Shown here one piece after another: positions 52,501-64,000 of a stretch of DNA of 64,000 nucleotides. The notes beneath the pieces are model-generated. The model was not told the DNA's origin, did not search any database, and saw nothing but the letters and a program-made list of their open reading frames with translations. The position numbers were made by a program, and so were the translations under genes. The DNA is from Antedon mediterranea (Eukaryota; Animalia; Echinodermata): NCBI RefSeq assembly GCF_964355755.1, contig NC_092677.1, positions 12,794,101-12,858,100 of the forward strand. The letters are read 5' to 3'. The first letter of the stretch is position 1. Every line of letters begins with the position of its first letter.

Positions 52501-55324
52501 GTTTTCCAATTATACATATTGTTTTTAAGAAAAATTGCTTTCTTTAACACGTCTCACTCAATTGCATGTTGGAACATGTGTTGGAAGACTTTTAGCTGCA
52601 GTGAAAATAATGGTTACTTGTACCAGGGAGTTGTACAATAAAATATATTACAACTCCCTGCTTGTACAACTGAAGAAATAGGTTTTGGATTCACTTCTGA
52701 ACAATATCTGCATTACCAACCTGTATGCAATAATGTATACAGTAGTATGCTAATAATAAGTTCAAGCTTCTTTTCTCACCAGGAATGGGACAAATTTTAA
52801 CAATTTAAACATTGCAATGCATACATTTATTTGTACAGGTGATATATCTTTATTTATCATACGCTCAGCTATGATATCTTCTATAAGCTTAATCCACTTG
52901 ACCAATCTTTTAGCTCTTTCATTAAGTGAAAAATATATACGTAATATACAGTTTGAGGTCATACACCGCATCACAATTCTATCAAGTATATACTTAAGCA
53001 AGCGCCGGAGTATGCACACTCTACGCATGATTTACTAAGCTTTTATACCGTATCCTACTTTTAAAAACTTCTTGAATAAAGTACCTACCACTAATCTTCT
53101 AAAAGGACAGTATTGAAAACAAATTCATGCATGACTTAAGGAAATAATAAATTTATTGAAAAGAAAAAACAGAACACTTAACTTGTGAATAGATTCGAGT
53201 GTTATGGACTGAAAATAATGTATAATGTTGACGACAGGTATGCTGTGATCAATTAGATTACTAGACTTACATTGCAGGTTTTAACCATCAAGGAGTTTTA
53301 ACTTATTACTTATGTTATTAAGTTTTTATTATACAACAATTCCACAATTATAATTGCATACTGTACTCTACCTGTATGTACTGAAAAAGGTACTCTCAGG
53401 ATGTTTATAAGTTTTTATGTACACACCAAGAAATACCATGTACTTGTACACTTCTGAATTTTTCTTGGTGTGAGCAGAGTTTTTCTTGGTGTGTGCAGAG
53501 TTTTTCTTAGTGTGTACAGTGTTTTTCTTAGTGTGTGCAGTGTTTTTCTTAGTGTGTGCATAGTTTTTCTTAGTGTGTGCGGTGTTTTTCTTAGTGTGTG
53601 CAGTGTTTTTCTTAGTGTGTGCGGTGTTTTTCTTAGTGTGTGCAGTGTTTTTCTTAGTGTGTGCAGTGTTTTTCTTAGTGTGTGCAATGTTTTTCTTAGT
53701 GTGTGCAGTGTTTTTCTTAGTGTGTGCAGTGTTTTTCTTAATGTGTGCAGTGTTTTTCTTAGGGTTTGCAGTGTTTTTCTTAGTGTGTTCAGTGTTTTTC
53801 TTAGTGTTTTTCTTGGTGTGTGCAGAGTTTTTCTTAGTGTATGCAGAGTTTTTCTTGGTGTGTGCAGAGTTTTTCTTGGTGTGTGCAGAGGTTTTTCTTG
53901 GTGTGTGCAGTGTTTTTCTTAGTGTGTGCAGTGTTTTTCTTGGTGTGTGAATTATTTTTCTTGGTGTTTGATAGGCATTTGTAGTGTATAAAATGGGCTT
54001 TGGTTGATACTGTACCTCATAAAGTACTAACATAGTATCTGTAGTATGTTGACGTTTTTTTATTTTGAATTAATAATTAATCCTATACAAACTAGTTCAC
54101 AATGACTTTGTTGATTTCTTATCTTTGATAAACATTAGTTGTGTTGTTTGTGTTTTTGTTGATAAGCTTTCCTATCTGTATTAGTTGGTATGTGTATGAT
54201 TGGGTGTTTCCTTTTAATGATAAACTTTGCTCAAATTAAAAACATATTTTTAAAATTATGAATAATAAAAATATCAGTGGATTTGTGGGGGTTTCCCTGT
54301 CAGTTAATGCTTGTTTCTTGGTACAGAGTGTAAAAGACAATTTTTAGATGTTCTCTACAATTTATAAGTACATGTACATGAGACTACAGTACTATATGTA
54401 ACTATCAGACTAATGAATTTTAAAATAAGAACTAACTTGTACAGATTCTCAGCTCCTGCTCTCATGCGCATCTCTTTATTAATTTTCTGGTTGAGTTTTT
54501 GTCGTCGGTTTTGCATTCGCCCTCGTACAGATTGTAGCGTTGGGTCAGTACCCTGTAAAACAAAGTTCACTCTATTGAATATCCTCTAAGAGAACAAATA
54601 TTTTCTCTTCAAATTTTAGTCATTATTTGGTTTGTTTAACTTGATTCACATAATCATTAAATACTGTAACAAAACTATAATCATCTTTAATTAATTTCAT
54701 TTCTGATATAAATTAATAGACATTTTTCCAATAACAATATGAGCTTTACTTCATTTGCCTAATAGGCCATATTAATTACATCATAAAAATGTATTAATTC
54801 TATGGAACTGGAAGAAGATTCGGAATGCTTTAATTAATAGAAAAAATCGGTAATTGTAATTAAATTGGTTTTGAATAAATTGGATGCTCTGTTATCCAAA
54901 ATTGACATTGGTAAATGTATTAGTACTAATAGTACTGTATAGTACTACACAGTGCAACAGGCACACACTAATTTGTTAATCAATCATTCAAGCCATTAAT
55001 TATTTCTGATCAGTCAAGTTAGTTTAGAAAACACTAGAAAAATATATAAATTAGAATAAAAAACAGTGTATAAAATAGCGTAGTAGGCTACATTTACCAT
55101 TTATAGGCCTACACAATATCGATCATCAACAACAACAAAACAGTCTAAATATCAACTCCACGGGGACTGAGCAACAGACGACAGGTGAGCAGCTACCGTA
55201 CAACGGAAACAATTCGGCCGAGGGTAGCTTAGTAGGCCTGACACTTGTCAATGTCAAAAGTGTTTATAAAAATGATCTCTAATAAACTTACCTTGCGAAG
55301 TGTATCTTGTCCTTCCCCGTGCAT
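31502..55324 (-). CDS. RHPN2: Rhophilin (Rho-GTPase effector; HR1-BRO1-PDZ), 14 coding exons, ~679 aa
   Basis: Phase-consistent GT-AG exons: 55324-55292, 54552-54437, 47559-47355, 47014-46937, 45214-45090, 40438-40330, 38896-38747, 38210-38115, 37695-37539, 36854-36747, 36491-36297, 33050-32974, 32574-32428, 31945-31502 (sum 2040 nt). HR1: KEMRMRAGAENLYK...LELSFVNSNLQLLKEEL. BRO1: PMIPLGFKET, WYDALTGVP...FEKGSVLFNVGALYTQ, FSHAPSMDMS. PDZ: GFGFTVRGDSPVII. RHPN1 versus RHPN2 cannot be resolved; it may be a pre-duplication orthologue of both. Confidence 0.95.
32751..32905. mobile_element. Short palindromic MITE (AGCTCTGTCTACACTATCAAACT family)
   Basis: ctacactatcaaact ... agtttgatagtgtagacagagct. 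Related copies at ~37974-38049 and ~59016-59103. Confidence 0.75.
33262..36235. mobile_element. ~3-kb non-autonomous DNA transposon, CACTA/EnSpm (CMC)-like, in rhophilin intron 11
   Basis: TIRs CCCTTTGCAAAAAA.CCGTATACGA / TCGTATACGG.TTTTTTGCAAAGGG, a 2-bp flanking duplication (AT), and arrays of subterminal CGTATACG palindromes at both ends. No transposase ORF. Confidence 0.85.
37974..38049. mobile_element. Internally deleted copy of the AGCTCTGTCTACACTATCA MITE
   Basis: agctctgtctacactatca ... tgatagttgtagacagagct flanked by taa/taa. Confidence 0.75.
42007..42425. mobile_element. Decayed MITE, PIF/Harbinger-like ends (GGGCCTGTTTCTGCTGC)
   Basis: gggtctggttctgctgcataa ... ttatgcagcagaaacaggccc. 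Confidence 0.7.
43092..43330. mobile_element. Truncated inverted copy of the Kolobok-like MITE at 55977-56279
   Basis: ttaa|agatgtatattgtcc, aaacatgaaaaatgaa, attggctggcagtcaat.tgactatttt, ttttcaggtaaata and tttggtcaaagt match the reverse complement of 55977-56279. Right boundary approximate. Confidence 0.7.
44511..44566. repeat. (TTGAA)n pentanucleotide microsatellite
   Basis: Imperfect ttgaa run seen directly. Confidence 0.85.
45440..46255. mobile_element. ~815-bp MITE, PIF/Harbinger-like, with subterminal AAAATACGGTA repeats
   Basis: gggcctgtttctgctgcaact ... agttggcagcagaaacagggcc, with many atacggta/taccgtat motifs near both ends. TSD unclear. Confidence 0.82.
47700..48588. mobile_element. 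Probable non-autonomous DNA element (possibly Crypton-like)
   Basis: CpG-rich insert in an AT-rich intron, with an internal ~60-bp duplication (cgatgatattgactg.gtaattttcg.gt at ~47801 and ~47874) and a fold-back at one end (acagatattg ~48461 / caatatctgt ~48572). The family assignment rests on resemblance only. Confidence 0.4.
50984..52074. mobile_element. ~1.09-kb non-autonomous PIF/Harbinger transposon
   Basis: 41-bp perfect TIR GGCCCTGTTCAGACCCATGGCGTTAGACCGTTTTAGCGTAC, with TAA on both sides (50981-83, 52075-77). Confidence 0.92.
53459..53967. repeat. 21-bp minisatellite (TTTTTCTTAGTGTGTGCAGTG)n in rhophilin intron 2
   Basis: About two dozen tandem units. They explain the 7-residue-periodic ORFs in the track. 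Confidence 0.96.
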
Positions 55325-56977
55325 GTTTATCTTCTTTTAAATAATTCAAATAATATAAAACCAAGTGAAAGTAGATGCTTACTTACAGCATCACTTCGCG
55401 GTTACGTTTTCCCACAACGAATGATAAGTACAGTATGTTTTTGAATGCGATCGCGACAACACACACGACATACGTCTCTGACCTTATCGTTGACACATGC
55501 GCAGTAGTTTACTGTGCTCAGTTATGACGTATAGCCCACTTAGTACGTTTCACATTGGTATTACTATTAGTAGTTTCTTTATTTTTATATAATAATAATG
55601 TATAAATATTACATTTCAAACAATTAATTGTGAGTTTTTTTAATGTTTTTACATTTATTTTACGCACAACTATAGGCCTAGTATATCATGGGTGTTTCAA
55701 AAGGCATTCCATAAAGACTTAGTCACGTAAGAGAGCCGTATTGATAGTAAGGGAGTTTCTATTGTCATTTTAATGACTCACAATTCAAGCAGATAATAGG
55801 TTCTTAAAATGATTAAAATTGTATTATTTTGAATATGGCACATTTGTTTTGTTATTCACTTCCGGCGATATTGTAATAATCTAACCCCGGGTTCGATTAT
55901 AAAATTGGTAAAAACAACGGGGAAAACCACAACAAAAAATTCTTAAATAACTAGATATCAGAGTCATAAATATTAAAGATATATTGTCCCCCTGAAAAAA
56001 AAAATTCTTTAAACAATTTTTGTTGAATATGCCATTTTAATGTTACTTTGACCAAAAATTAGAATAAAAAAAAATTATGTATTTACCTGAAAAAAAAATA
56101 ATTAAAGCAGAAAATAGTCACATTGGCTGCCAGCCAATGGGTTTTTGGTTAATTAATTACATTTTCGGTTTTTTCTACGGAAGTGATTTACTGTACCTTT
56201 ATATAACTACAAAATAACCTTATTCAAAGTCTGATTTAATTAATTTTCATTTTTCATGTTTTTGGGGAACAATACATCTTTAAATATCGGATGTGTTTAG
56301 AATTTTAAAATTAAGTTGTCAAACAAAGCGAAGGACTAATTGGCACCGCGGGAAGGAGATTTTCCGTTTCGTTGCGTTGTTTCTTTACGATGGGATGTTA
56401 CGTCCACGCTGTTTGTTATGACTACTTTTCACCAGGGAAATCCCCTCCCGCCCAAACAGAATGGATAGACGAAATTTGGTCAGCAAGGTACAGACAAGGC
56501 TATCGCCTTCTGACAATTGTTGTCTTTTATTAATTTATTAGGATATAATTGAATATCCTCGATGAATCATGGATGAATCCTCCATCCTCAAGGTATTTCA
56601 CAGAGGCGGGTTAATGCAATTAGTAGGCCTACTGTACTTGAATCCGCTGTCGCATTGGTGGTGTACACTATTTATACTTTTATTGAAATTTCTCAAAAAA
56701 AAAAAAGTGGTATCCTGTTTACAAAAGAGATATGTCTATAATACTACAAACTAGTTACCTGTGTATTATTATTGGTATTACGTCATAGTGTAAAGTACAA
56801 ATCTTAGTATTCACGGTGTATGTTATCAAAGAATATGTTATAAGGCCGATAGAGGGGGTAATTACAAAACTTTTAAGTTAAGACACTCGACGAAAACACC
56901 CGTCATTATCGTCGCTTATCGCCTCTTCTTCGATATTGACTGTTTTAAAGTACAGTATTAATAATTAGAATGTCAAT
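55325..56977. promoter_or_regulatory. Divergent (head-to-head) promoter region of rhophilin and the HPGD-like gene
   Basis: The two ATGs are 1.65 kb apart on opposite strands. CpG-enriched patches lie near 55395-55530 and 56885-56935, with an NRF1-like CATGCGCA (~55496), a CRE half-site TGACGT (~55525) and an ETS-like CACTTCCGG (~55857). Motif function is inferred. Confidence 0.6.
55977..56279. mobile_element. ~300-bp Kolobok-like MITE
   Basis: TTAA|AGATATATTGTCCCC ... GGGGAACAATACATCT|TTAA: TTAA duplication with purine-purine termini. Confidence 0.78.
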
Positions 56978-59900
56978 ATGAACGTTGAAGATAAAGTAGC
57001 ATTAATTACGGGTGCAGCTGAAGGGCTAGGTAAAGCTTTCGCCGAGGAACTTTTAAAGAAAAATGCTAGGGTAAGTATGCACTAACTTAAGGCCAGGGTG
57101 GGAGCGTTTGTGCACGGTCTTGTAGGCTTGTGCCAAAAACAAAGTGTAATGTGTTTGTTCCTAGTAAGAGAGACTGTAATATACAGTATTAACATGCCAA
57201 TTGGCAATGGTACATTTTTTCATCCACAATATAATTCAAATTGTTAGCTTTACATTTCACCGTAATTTGCTATATTTGTCATTGTGGATTAGTTTATAAT
57301 ATAAAAGATATAAAAATATAATGCCTAATTTTCATAAACGAACCATTCCGGGGAACCATTAAATGATATGATGTATTTATTTATTTCATAAACTCTTACT
57401 GATATGACCTGGTTGTTTGGCCATGAAGATGATAACAATTCCAAGGGTCAAATTGGGTGTGTGTGATTTAAATTACAATATTATTTTACCCATCTCCTGG
57501 ATCTCTAGAATATTAAAATGTATTTTATCTAATATAATAATGATTATTAGGTTTTACCAACAGCAAGGATATATCTGTTTTAAAAATGTGTCTTTTACAT
57601 TTACTGTTCTCGCCTACAGTATCTTGATATAAATTATATAATGTGGAATACTCAAGGTCCCCACTTTTTTAGGGCATTGCAATTGTTGACGTGCAGCGCA
57701 GCAAAGGGGAGGCGACAGCCAAGAAATTTCAAGAGACATACGGAAAAGACAAGGCTGTGTATATATACTGTGATGTTACAGATGCAGAAAAATTAAAAAG
57801 TAGAGAGTTACTTTAAGTAATTTGTATAACTTTGCCAGGGTGGATTTAGGCTCCTAAATTGTAACTACCGGTATTTAAAAAATAGATAAAATACTGACTA
57901 CGCATTGAATGCCAATCACAATAAAACTATCACCGTCTGTGTGAAAAATGATCGATGGTTCCCATACAAAGAACATACATATATATATATATATATATAT
58001 GCAGACAAATGTTATGTCACTGTGTTTACCGGCCAGATAAAGTATGATAGTTTTGCTAATTGCTGCATGCGAGACATGTGTCATTTCCGGGCCAACTAGA
58101 CTAGTGAGAGGTACCATTTTATCGAACCGACCTGTGGTTCAAATACTTAGTGTCTGAGGCCCCACCCCCCTATATTAAAATCCTGGATCCTCCCCTTCTA
58201 ATGAATGGTTTATCATCAATTCAAAACAAGACCATATACCAATGTGCAGGTGATGCTGACTCACTTTTTCTATGTATAGTTCAACCTTGAATTATAAACC
58301 AGTTTTGCATCATGTAAACATCAATATTAAACATTTGTAGGTGCTTTTATATTAACTAAGTTGACGTATGACCGCATTGATATTGTTGTCAACAATGCCG
58401 GTGTTGGGGACGAGAAGAAGTGGGAGATGATGCTAAAAATTAATTTGGTAACTGGTTTCCTTATCTATTTATTTCAATACTAATATGCTTCATCTGGATT
58501 AACAAAAAAAGAGAAATAATTTGAGGTCTTTTTTCATGGCATCAAATTTACACTGCTGGCAGAGCAAAATGATCAGATAGTGATGTAGCACCAATTTCTG
58601 CAAGAAAAGAGAAAAATCTCTGTTCAAGCGACTGGACTGTCAAAGGCCTCTGTGAGAAAGTGGTCAGGTTGAAACCTTACCAACCATACTGGTGGCTACG
58701 ACCCTTCTTATCTAGGGAAGGGAGGAGATGTAGTTCTTGAGTGCACTTCTGAATTTGAGAAGGTTGATTCAACCAAGTTTCACAAACCATTAGATATAAT
58801 ATTTGTATACAAATAAATTAAAGCAGGAGTGACTCCATATAAAGTGACACTGAACACAGTTAATTAAAATGATTCTTCTTATAATTAGACTGCTGTCATC
58901 CAGGGTACATTTCTTGCCCAAGAACACATGTCACACGTCAATGGAGGTCAAGGAGGGGTCATTATTAATGTAGCATCTATGGCAGGTAAATTAGAGACTA
59001 GATTTATAAATCTAAAGCTCTTTCTACACTATGATGTGCCAAATATGGTAGTGACATAACATTATTGTGTCCAATATATGGACACATCACATTTTGTCAC
59101 ATACAGATTTATATTGAATGAGCTTATCAGTTTGGCATAAACACATTATTAATACAATTATTAATAGGCTCTCTAGAAATATATATATGGTCTATTACGT
59201 GCTTTACTTACCTAATACTGGACAATATCCCCCCCATCCTGCTGAGAAGAGACTAGAAATGTTTTATGTAGATGATATTTTTTATAGGGTTATTACATGC
59301 ACCATATGCTCCAGTGTATACTGCAACCAAATACGGAGTGGTTGGCCTTACCAGATGCCTGGGGGTAAATATAATTTTAATTTGTGATAGATGATAAAAG
59401 GAATATTTTATTTTGTTTTAAAAGATACCCATTGTAACTAATGCTGATGCTTGGTATTTGTATTTTTTAAATAGCGCCCTCTTTCTGACCTTTTTATAGC
59501 ACCCTCTATATTTTTATTTTTTTTAATAGTATGTACTATCTGACATATTAATAGCACCCTCTTGTTTGTCCATGTTTTCTTAAAAACTTATTTTATTTTT
59601 TCCAATCTTGTCTAGTTGTATGATGATGAATTGGTAAGTAATAGAATCAGAATAAATGCACTGTGTCCAGCATTCACAGACACAGCTATAATCAACAAAT
59701 CAACAATGAATGCATCTAAGGCTAGAGTTCAAGAAATACGGAATCATCTTGATTTATTACCGTAAGTTAAAAATTAAAGCATTTTTCAAACTTTCGACCC
59801 TTTTTCGTTTTTGTTTCTACTCACTGACTTTTAAAATCTCCATATTCACTTTAAGTTCTTCAGATTTCACTTAAGTGGTATTAAAACTAGGATATGCTTA

Positions 59901-60177
59901 AATTTTAAATACCTGTCCCTTAGCCTTAGTATGATTGGTGAATATGGCCACAGGACATTCTCTGTATTTTCAATCTATTTTCAATCTATTTTTAAATATA
60001 TATAACTGGTACAACTGTAGTTCAATTCAATCTAATTATAAATTAATTTGTAGAGTTGCACTTGTGGCGAAGGCATTTATGAGACTGGTTGAAGAGAACT
60101 TACATGGACAAATAATGCGTGTAACATTAGAGAAGGGCATAGATTTCCAATACTACAAACCCATACCCAAGCTCTAA
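56978..60177 (+). CDS. HPGD: 15-hydroxyprostaglandin dehydrogenase (NAD+)-like short-chain dehydrogenase/reductase, 7 exons, ~256 aa
   Basis: Exons 56978-57070, 57673-57799, 58341-58447, 58889-58985, 59288-59364, 59616-59761, 60054-60177 (771 nt, phases consistent). Motifs: [55 protein letters not shown] at 60241. Confidence 0.92.
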
Positions 60178-61265
60178 AACAAATATGATGATGTTGTAAT
60201 TTTAATTATAATTAATGATTTACAAGTATCTGTTTTGTTGAATAAAATGCTCTTTGTAATTAAGGATAATCAGGACACAATTAACCAAAGAATGTTTTCC
60301 TAATGGTAATAACCATTACAGTCATTCAATCCATCTCAACTTACCTTCCATGCCCATTTTTAGGGATGGACCCAGGCTGTTAGCATGCATTGCCAGGGGA
60401 CATCCTATTGTTAAAATCACTTACAGTACAGCATTTTCTAAATATGTGTTACTCTACCCGTTAATTATTATTATTATTAGGTGATACACAATGACGAGAT
60501 CATCTATTGTGATTGTAAGTGATCTTTAATGTTTAAAGTATGAGATTTTACTATGTGTAATATATATATATCTCAGGAATAGATTTTTGTAGGTAAATTT
60601 TATATACCTAAAAAATATACCATGACTAAGAGTACAATATCTCTTTTTGGAGGTTAGATTAATTCTGAAGATGAGGGTAAAATGATTTGAACCCTGGTAT
60701 TTGTATGTTCTGTTGTAGTGCTGTTCTATTGAACCATGTGCAAAGTTAAATAACAGCAGAAAAATACTATAATTTAATTGTTTCTATACAGTACTATGCA
60801 CGTAACTTTAGTAATGTAATAAAATGACGTAAAATCTCTGTCCATGTCACTTTTCACTGAACCGAAGAATGTTAATTAATGGGTGTGGTATATTGAATTG
60901 AAAATAGTAGTAGGCTATTTCAGTTGCAGGTTCTACCACAGGACCCAATACGTTCTTGTAGTTTTTCACATACAGTACTGTACAATACTGGTATGGTTTG
61001 TTTCACAACTTGTTTCATATGCTTCAGACATCGTAAGAAAGACACAGGCAAGAACAACTTATTATCTACCTCCCTCTTTAAATCTGAAACCCACAGCTTT
61101 GCCACTCCGGAGCTGGTTCCTGTTATGTTACAGTGTGGTAGATAATGAAATCTGCGTGAGTATTGATATAGCTCTACCTCATAGAATATCAATAGAGACC
61201 AGTTGGTTTACATTCTTCTACATTTGGCATCAACGTAGGCCATCATTAAATCGTTCAACATAGGC

Positions 61266-64000
61266 CTAATGTTGGCTTGTGGTCATTGGTACCACTTAAA
61301 AGGAAAACGTAAATAAATCGGTAACTAAAGAATACAAAATATTATAAATATACTAAAATGTATGCAGTACTATATGGCTCTTTGGCCATACCAAAAAAAC
61401 AGAAACAATAAGAAGAAGACTGGCATTTGCTGGACACTGTCTTCGCAGTGAAGAGGAAATGATTTCAGATGTTCTGCTGTTGCAGCCAAAACATGGATTT
61501 GCAAAACAAGGAAAGCCAGCTCTCGTACATTGATGTACTGGAGACGGACACTGGTATACAGAGAGAGGAACAGGCTGTCACAATGGCAGATAGGAAATTA
61601 TGGAGGAATCTAGTCATTCGGGTATGTCCCGGACTAAGTAAGTAAGTAAGTAAATTATATGCAATTGAGAAATATTGGAAGTTACCTTGTGTAGTTCTTG
61701 ATCCACTACTTTTAGAGTGACCCTACAAATGAAAAAATATATTTTTGATAATTTGTTTTTATTTTAATCTTGATTTTAATTTTAATACTTTGTGTTACAA
61801 TGTTATAGTGGCCTCGTGTAAGAACACCTTTCTGGTGAATGATTTTTTCCATTGAAAAATAAAGATTTTATTATTATAAGCACATTTAAGGTAATTTTTA
61901 CAACAAACTATTTGATGTTAAAATGACGTCAATGCAATTCTATGAATTTATATAAGGTTCTCTTTAGATCTGACTGTATTACAGTGTTATTAAAACACAT
62001 GAAATAAAATGTGATAGGTCTACATTATATTATATAATCAGTACTTTTTGAAGATCTCTGGATTTCGCTCCAAATTTAAATAAAATCAAACCTTACTAGA
62101 AAAGTATTGTCGACCTTCTTGCAACGACTACAAAAAATGTTTTTAATTTCGCCGTTGAAACAGCAATGAAATAAGAAGATGAAGAATCCCTAGAATGATA
62201 GTATAATAAAATGACAAAACTTAAAAAAATAGAGTTGTATTATAATGGTCGTAATACAATAAGGCGCTATTAGTATTACCGTATACTTTAACTGAAATGA
62301 TACAATTTTGAAATGTGTTACATTATTACTAAAAACGAGAAATTCAATTTAGATTTATTCAAAATAGGGCTATAAATTGCATTCATCACAGTCAACATAT
62401 TGTACTATATTATAGTACGTAATATAACATAACGGTACGCGTTACATAACTATATACGGAGCGAATTTGGACGTTGTTTTAGGAGACCAGTGGCCGTATT
62501 CACCAATCACACTAAAGTGAGATATTTTCCTTAAAGATTAAGTATTTCACTTACCTCAATATATTTTTCCCTTAAATTGTATCCAGTAGTTACATAGGAG
62601 ATTTGTTTTTAATTTTAAGGGTAGGCCTAAGTCTGGTGAATTAATACGGCCACAGGTTCTCATATCATATTATACTACTGAAGTTTTTAAACATAAAACT
62701 CAGATATACGAGGCTTACCTGAAGTGAATTGAATATAGCAAATAAGTATTGAAAGAACAACGTGTCTTTGTTAAACGTGATCAAACCGAATACCCATGTT
62801 AGTCCGAATATAGGCAGTAAAACTACGGCTGCGCGTAACGTACGTCTGTGTAGATACAAATACATGGAAAACGGTAAACATTTACAAAGGTAGATAAAAT
62901 GCTCATTTTATCTGAAAAAAAGTATTCTCATAAACATTTTGACTTTTGTCTCCACTTTACCAGTGGACAGAGTGTGAATTGGTCAGTCTTGACGTAAAAG
63001 TCCGTCCAGATTTCGTATGATATAAACGCGAAGTAACGAACCAAATGTTTGTCTGGTCCAAAGTAAAAGGTTTTAAACACGCCCCCATATCTTGCTCTCT
63101 CTACTTTATTTCAAATAAATCAAACTTTTACCGTATTTGTTCTCTTTTTGGCTTCGACTTGATTGACTTCACATTAGTGAATGTCTTTAGGACAATTGCA
63201 ATAAACATTGTATTTAACTGAAAGAAAAACACAATGTAACTGTCATGTTAACAGGTTATTATAACATGCAATAAAACGCTCAAAATATAATAAGTATAGT
63301 ACATTCTTGTAGGCGTATAAAAACATTTTACGGTTAATTATTTAAATGTTCGAAAGTTAAAGAAAATTGTCCCGGAATTCTGTTGGCAATTTATCCTACT
63401 CATAGTCAATGTGTATATTTAATGCGAAGCATTAGTTACAACGTCACTCAACTATTGACCAATCAGAGGTCAAATCCATACATACCGATATAATGGCTAT
63501 AACTGGGGCAATAAAGGCCCAGACTGTGCCCTTATCAATGGCCAGCCAACATGCAGTATCCGTACCGTAGCCCTCAAGTCTTACAGCCATGGTTATAATC
63601 ACTATGATTGCAGGAACTCCTATCAAATAGATACTGGATATCAGAAAATAAAATATATGTACACAAAATGTCCTATTACTTAGTACCTATTATAAAAGGA
63701 CACATTTGAGACCCAGCAAATTTTCGATTAAATAGGAGTTTCCCTTGAATTGGAATGTCCCAGAGGAGAGGTTCTACTTCTAGATAAAAACATAAAGCGG
63801 CTAAAACAACCGTTTAAATGCAATGTTATCGCTATACTTTTGCAAGATAAAAAAATGCTTACCCCATCCTATTGGGTAGTAAACATTGAAATGTCTCTTC
63901 GATCGTTGATTCAAATTGCGTACTTTACTGTACATATGCATCGCTTCCACCGCCATCCACATGAACACCACAAGGAAGAAATAATGCATGAAAATGGCGA
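61266..64000 (-). CDS. Adhesion-GPCR / secretin-class 7TM receptor, 3' part (TM3 to C-terminus); 5' end outside window
   Basis: Exons >64000-63863 (HYFFLVVFMWMAVEA...IGWG), 63619-63486 (VPAIIV...CWL...WAFIAPV), 63217-63132, 62845-62719 (LLPIFGLTWVFG...YLFAIFNSLQ), 62189-62097 (GFFIFLFHC), 61722-61686, and 61294-61266 ending in TAG. The last two small exons are less certain. Confidence 0.9.
61370..61653 (+). mobile_element. Decayed 3' fragment of an RTE-clade LINE in the last intron of the GPCR gene
   Basis: With frameshifts it translates as RRLAFAGHCLRSEEEMISDVLL.QPKHG...GKPA..YIDVLETDTG...MADRKLWR, followed by a (TAAG)n tail. Confidence 0.8.
62490..62653. mobile_element. Short MITE with GTGGCCGTATT(C)ACCA inverted ends
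   Basis: gtggccgtattcacca ... tggtgaattaatacggccac. Confidence 0.6.

Noticed and set aside
53368-54033. Long repetitive ORFs (HTKKNTA / VFLSVCS repeats)
   Set aside because: Open in several frames on both strands because the 21-bp minisatellite unit lacks stops; intronic.
55381-55386. Minus-strand GTAAGT just upstream of the rhophilin ATG (possible 5' UTR intron or alternative first exon)
   Set aside because: There is no convincing acceptor before the ATG and no transcript evidence.

Overview
AT-rich, intron-containing animal genomic DNA (invertebrate-like; taxon not determinable from sequence alone). Bases 1-~26,383 are the edge of a complex satellite array, truncated by the window start. 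It is built from a few modules around a 28-bp palindrome (TGCCTAAGTCA-cacagc-TGACTTAGGCA) and organised into a ~13.8-kb higher-order duplication. Each copy of the duplication carries a 5'-truncated CR1/L2-type LINE and a Helentron-associated (HINE/DINE-1-like) element. After a ~5-kb repeat mosaic come three spliced genes: a complete 14-exon rhophilin (minus, ~679 aa), a complete 7-exon HPGD-like short-chain dehydrogenase head-to-head with it (plus, ~256 aa), and the 3' exons of an adhesion-GPCR-type 7TM gene (minus, runs off the window). Introns and intergenic DNA hold many non-autonomous DNA transposons and an RTE fragment. The most unusual feature is the satellite: rule-like module order, a four-segment complementary core, and TATA/Inr-like spacing. 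Any function for it is a hypothesis. All coordinates and exon models were read by eye.
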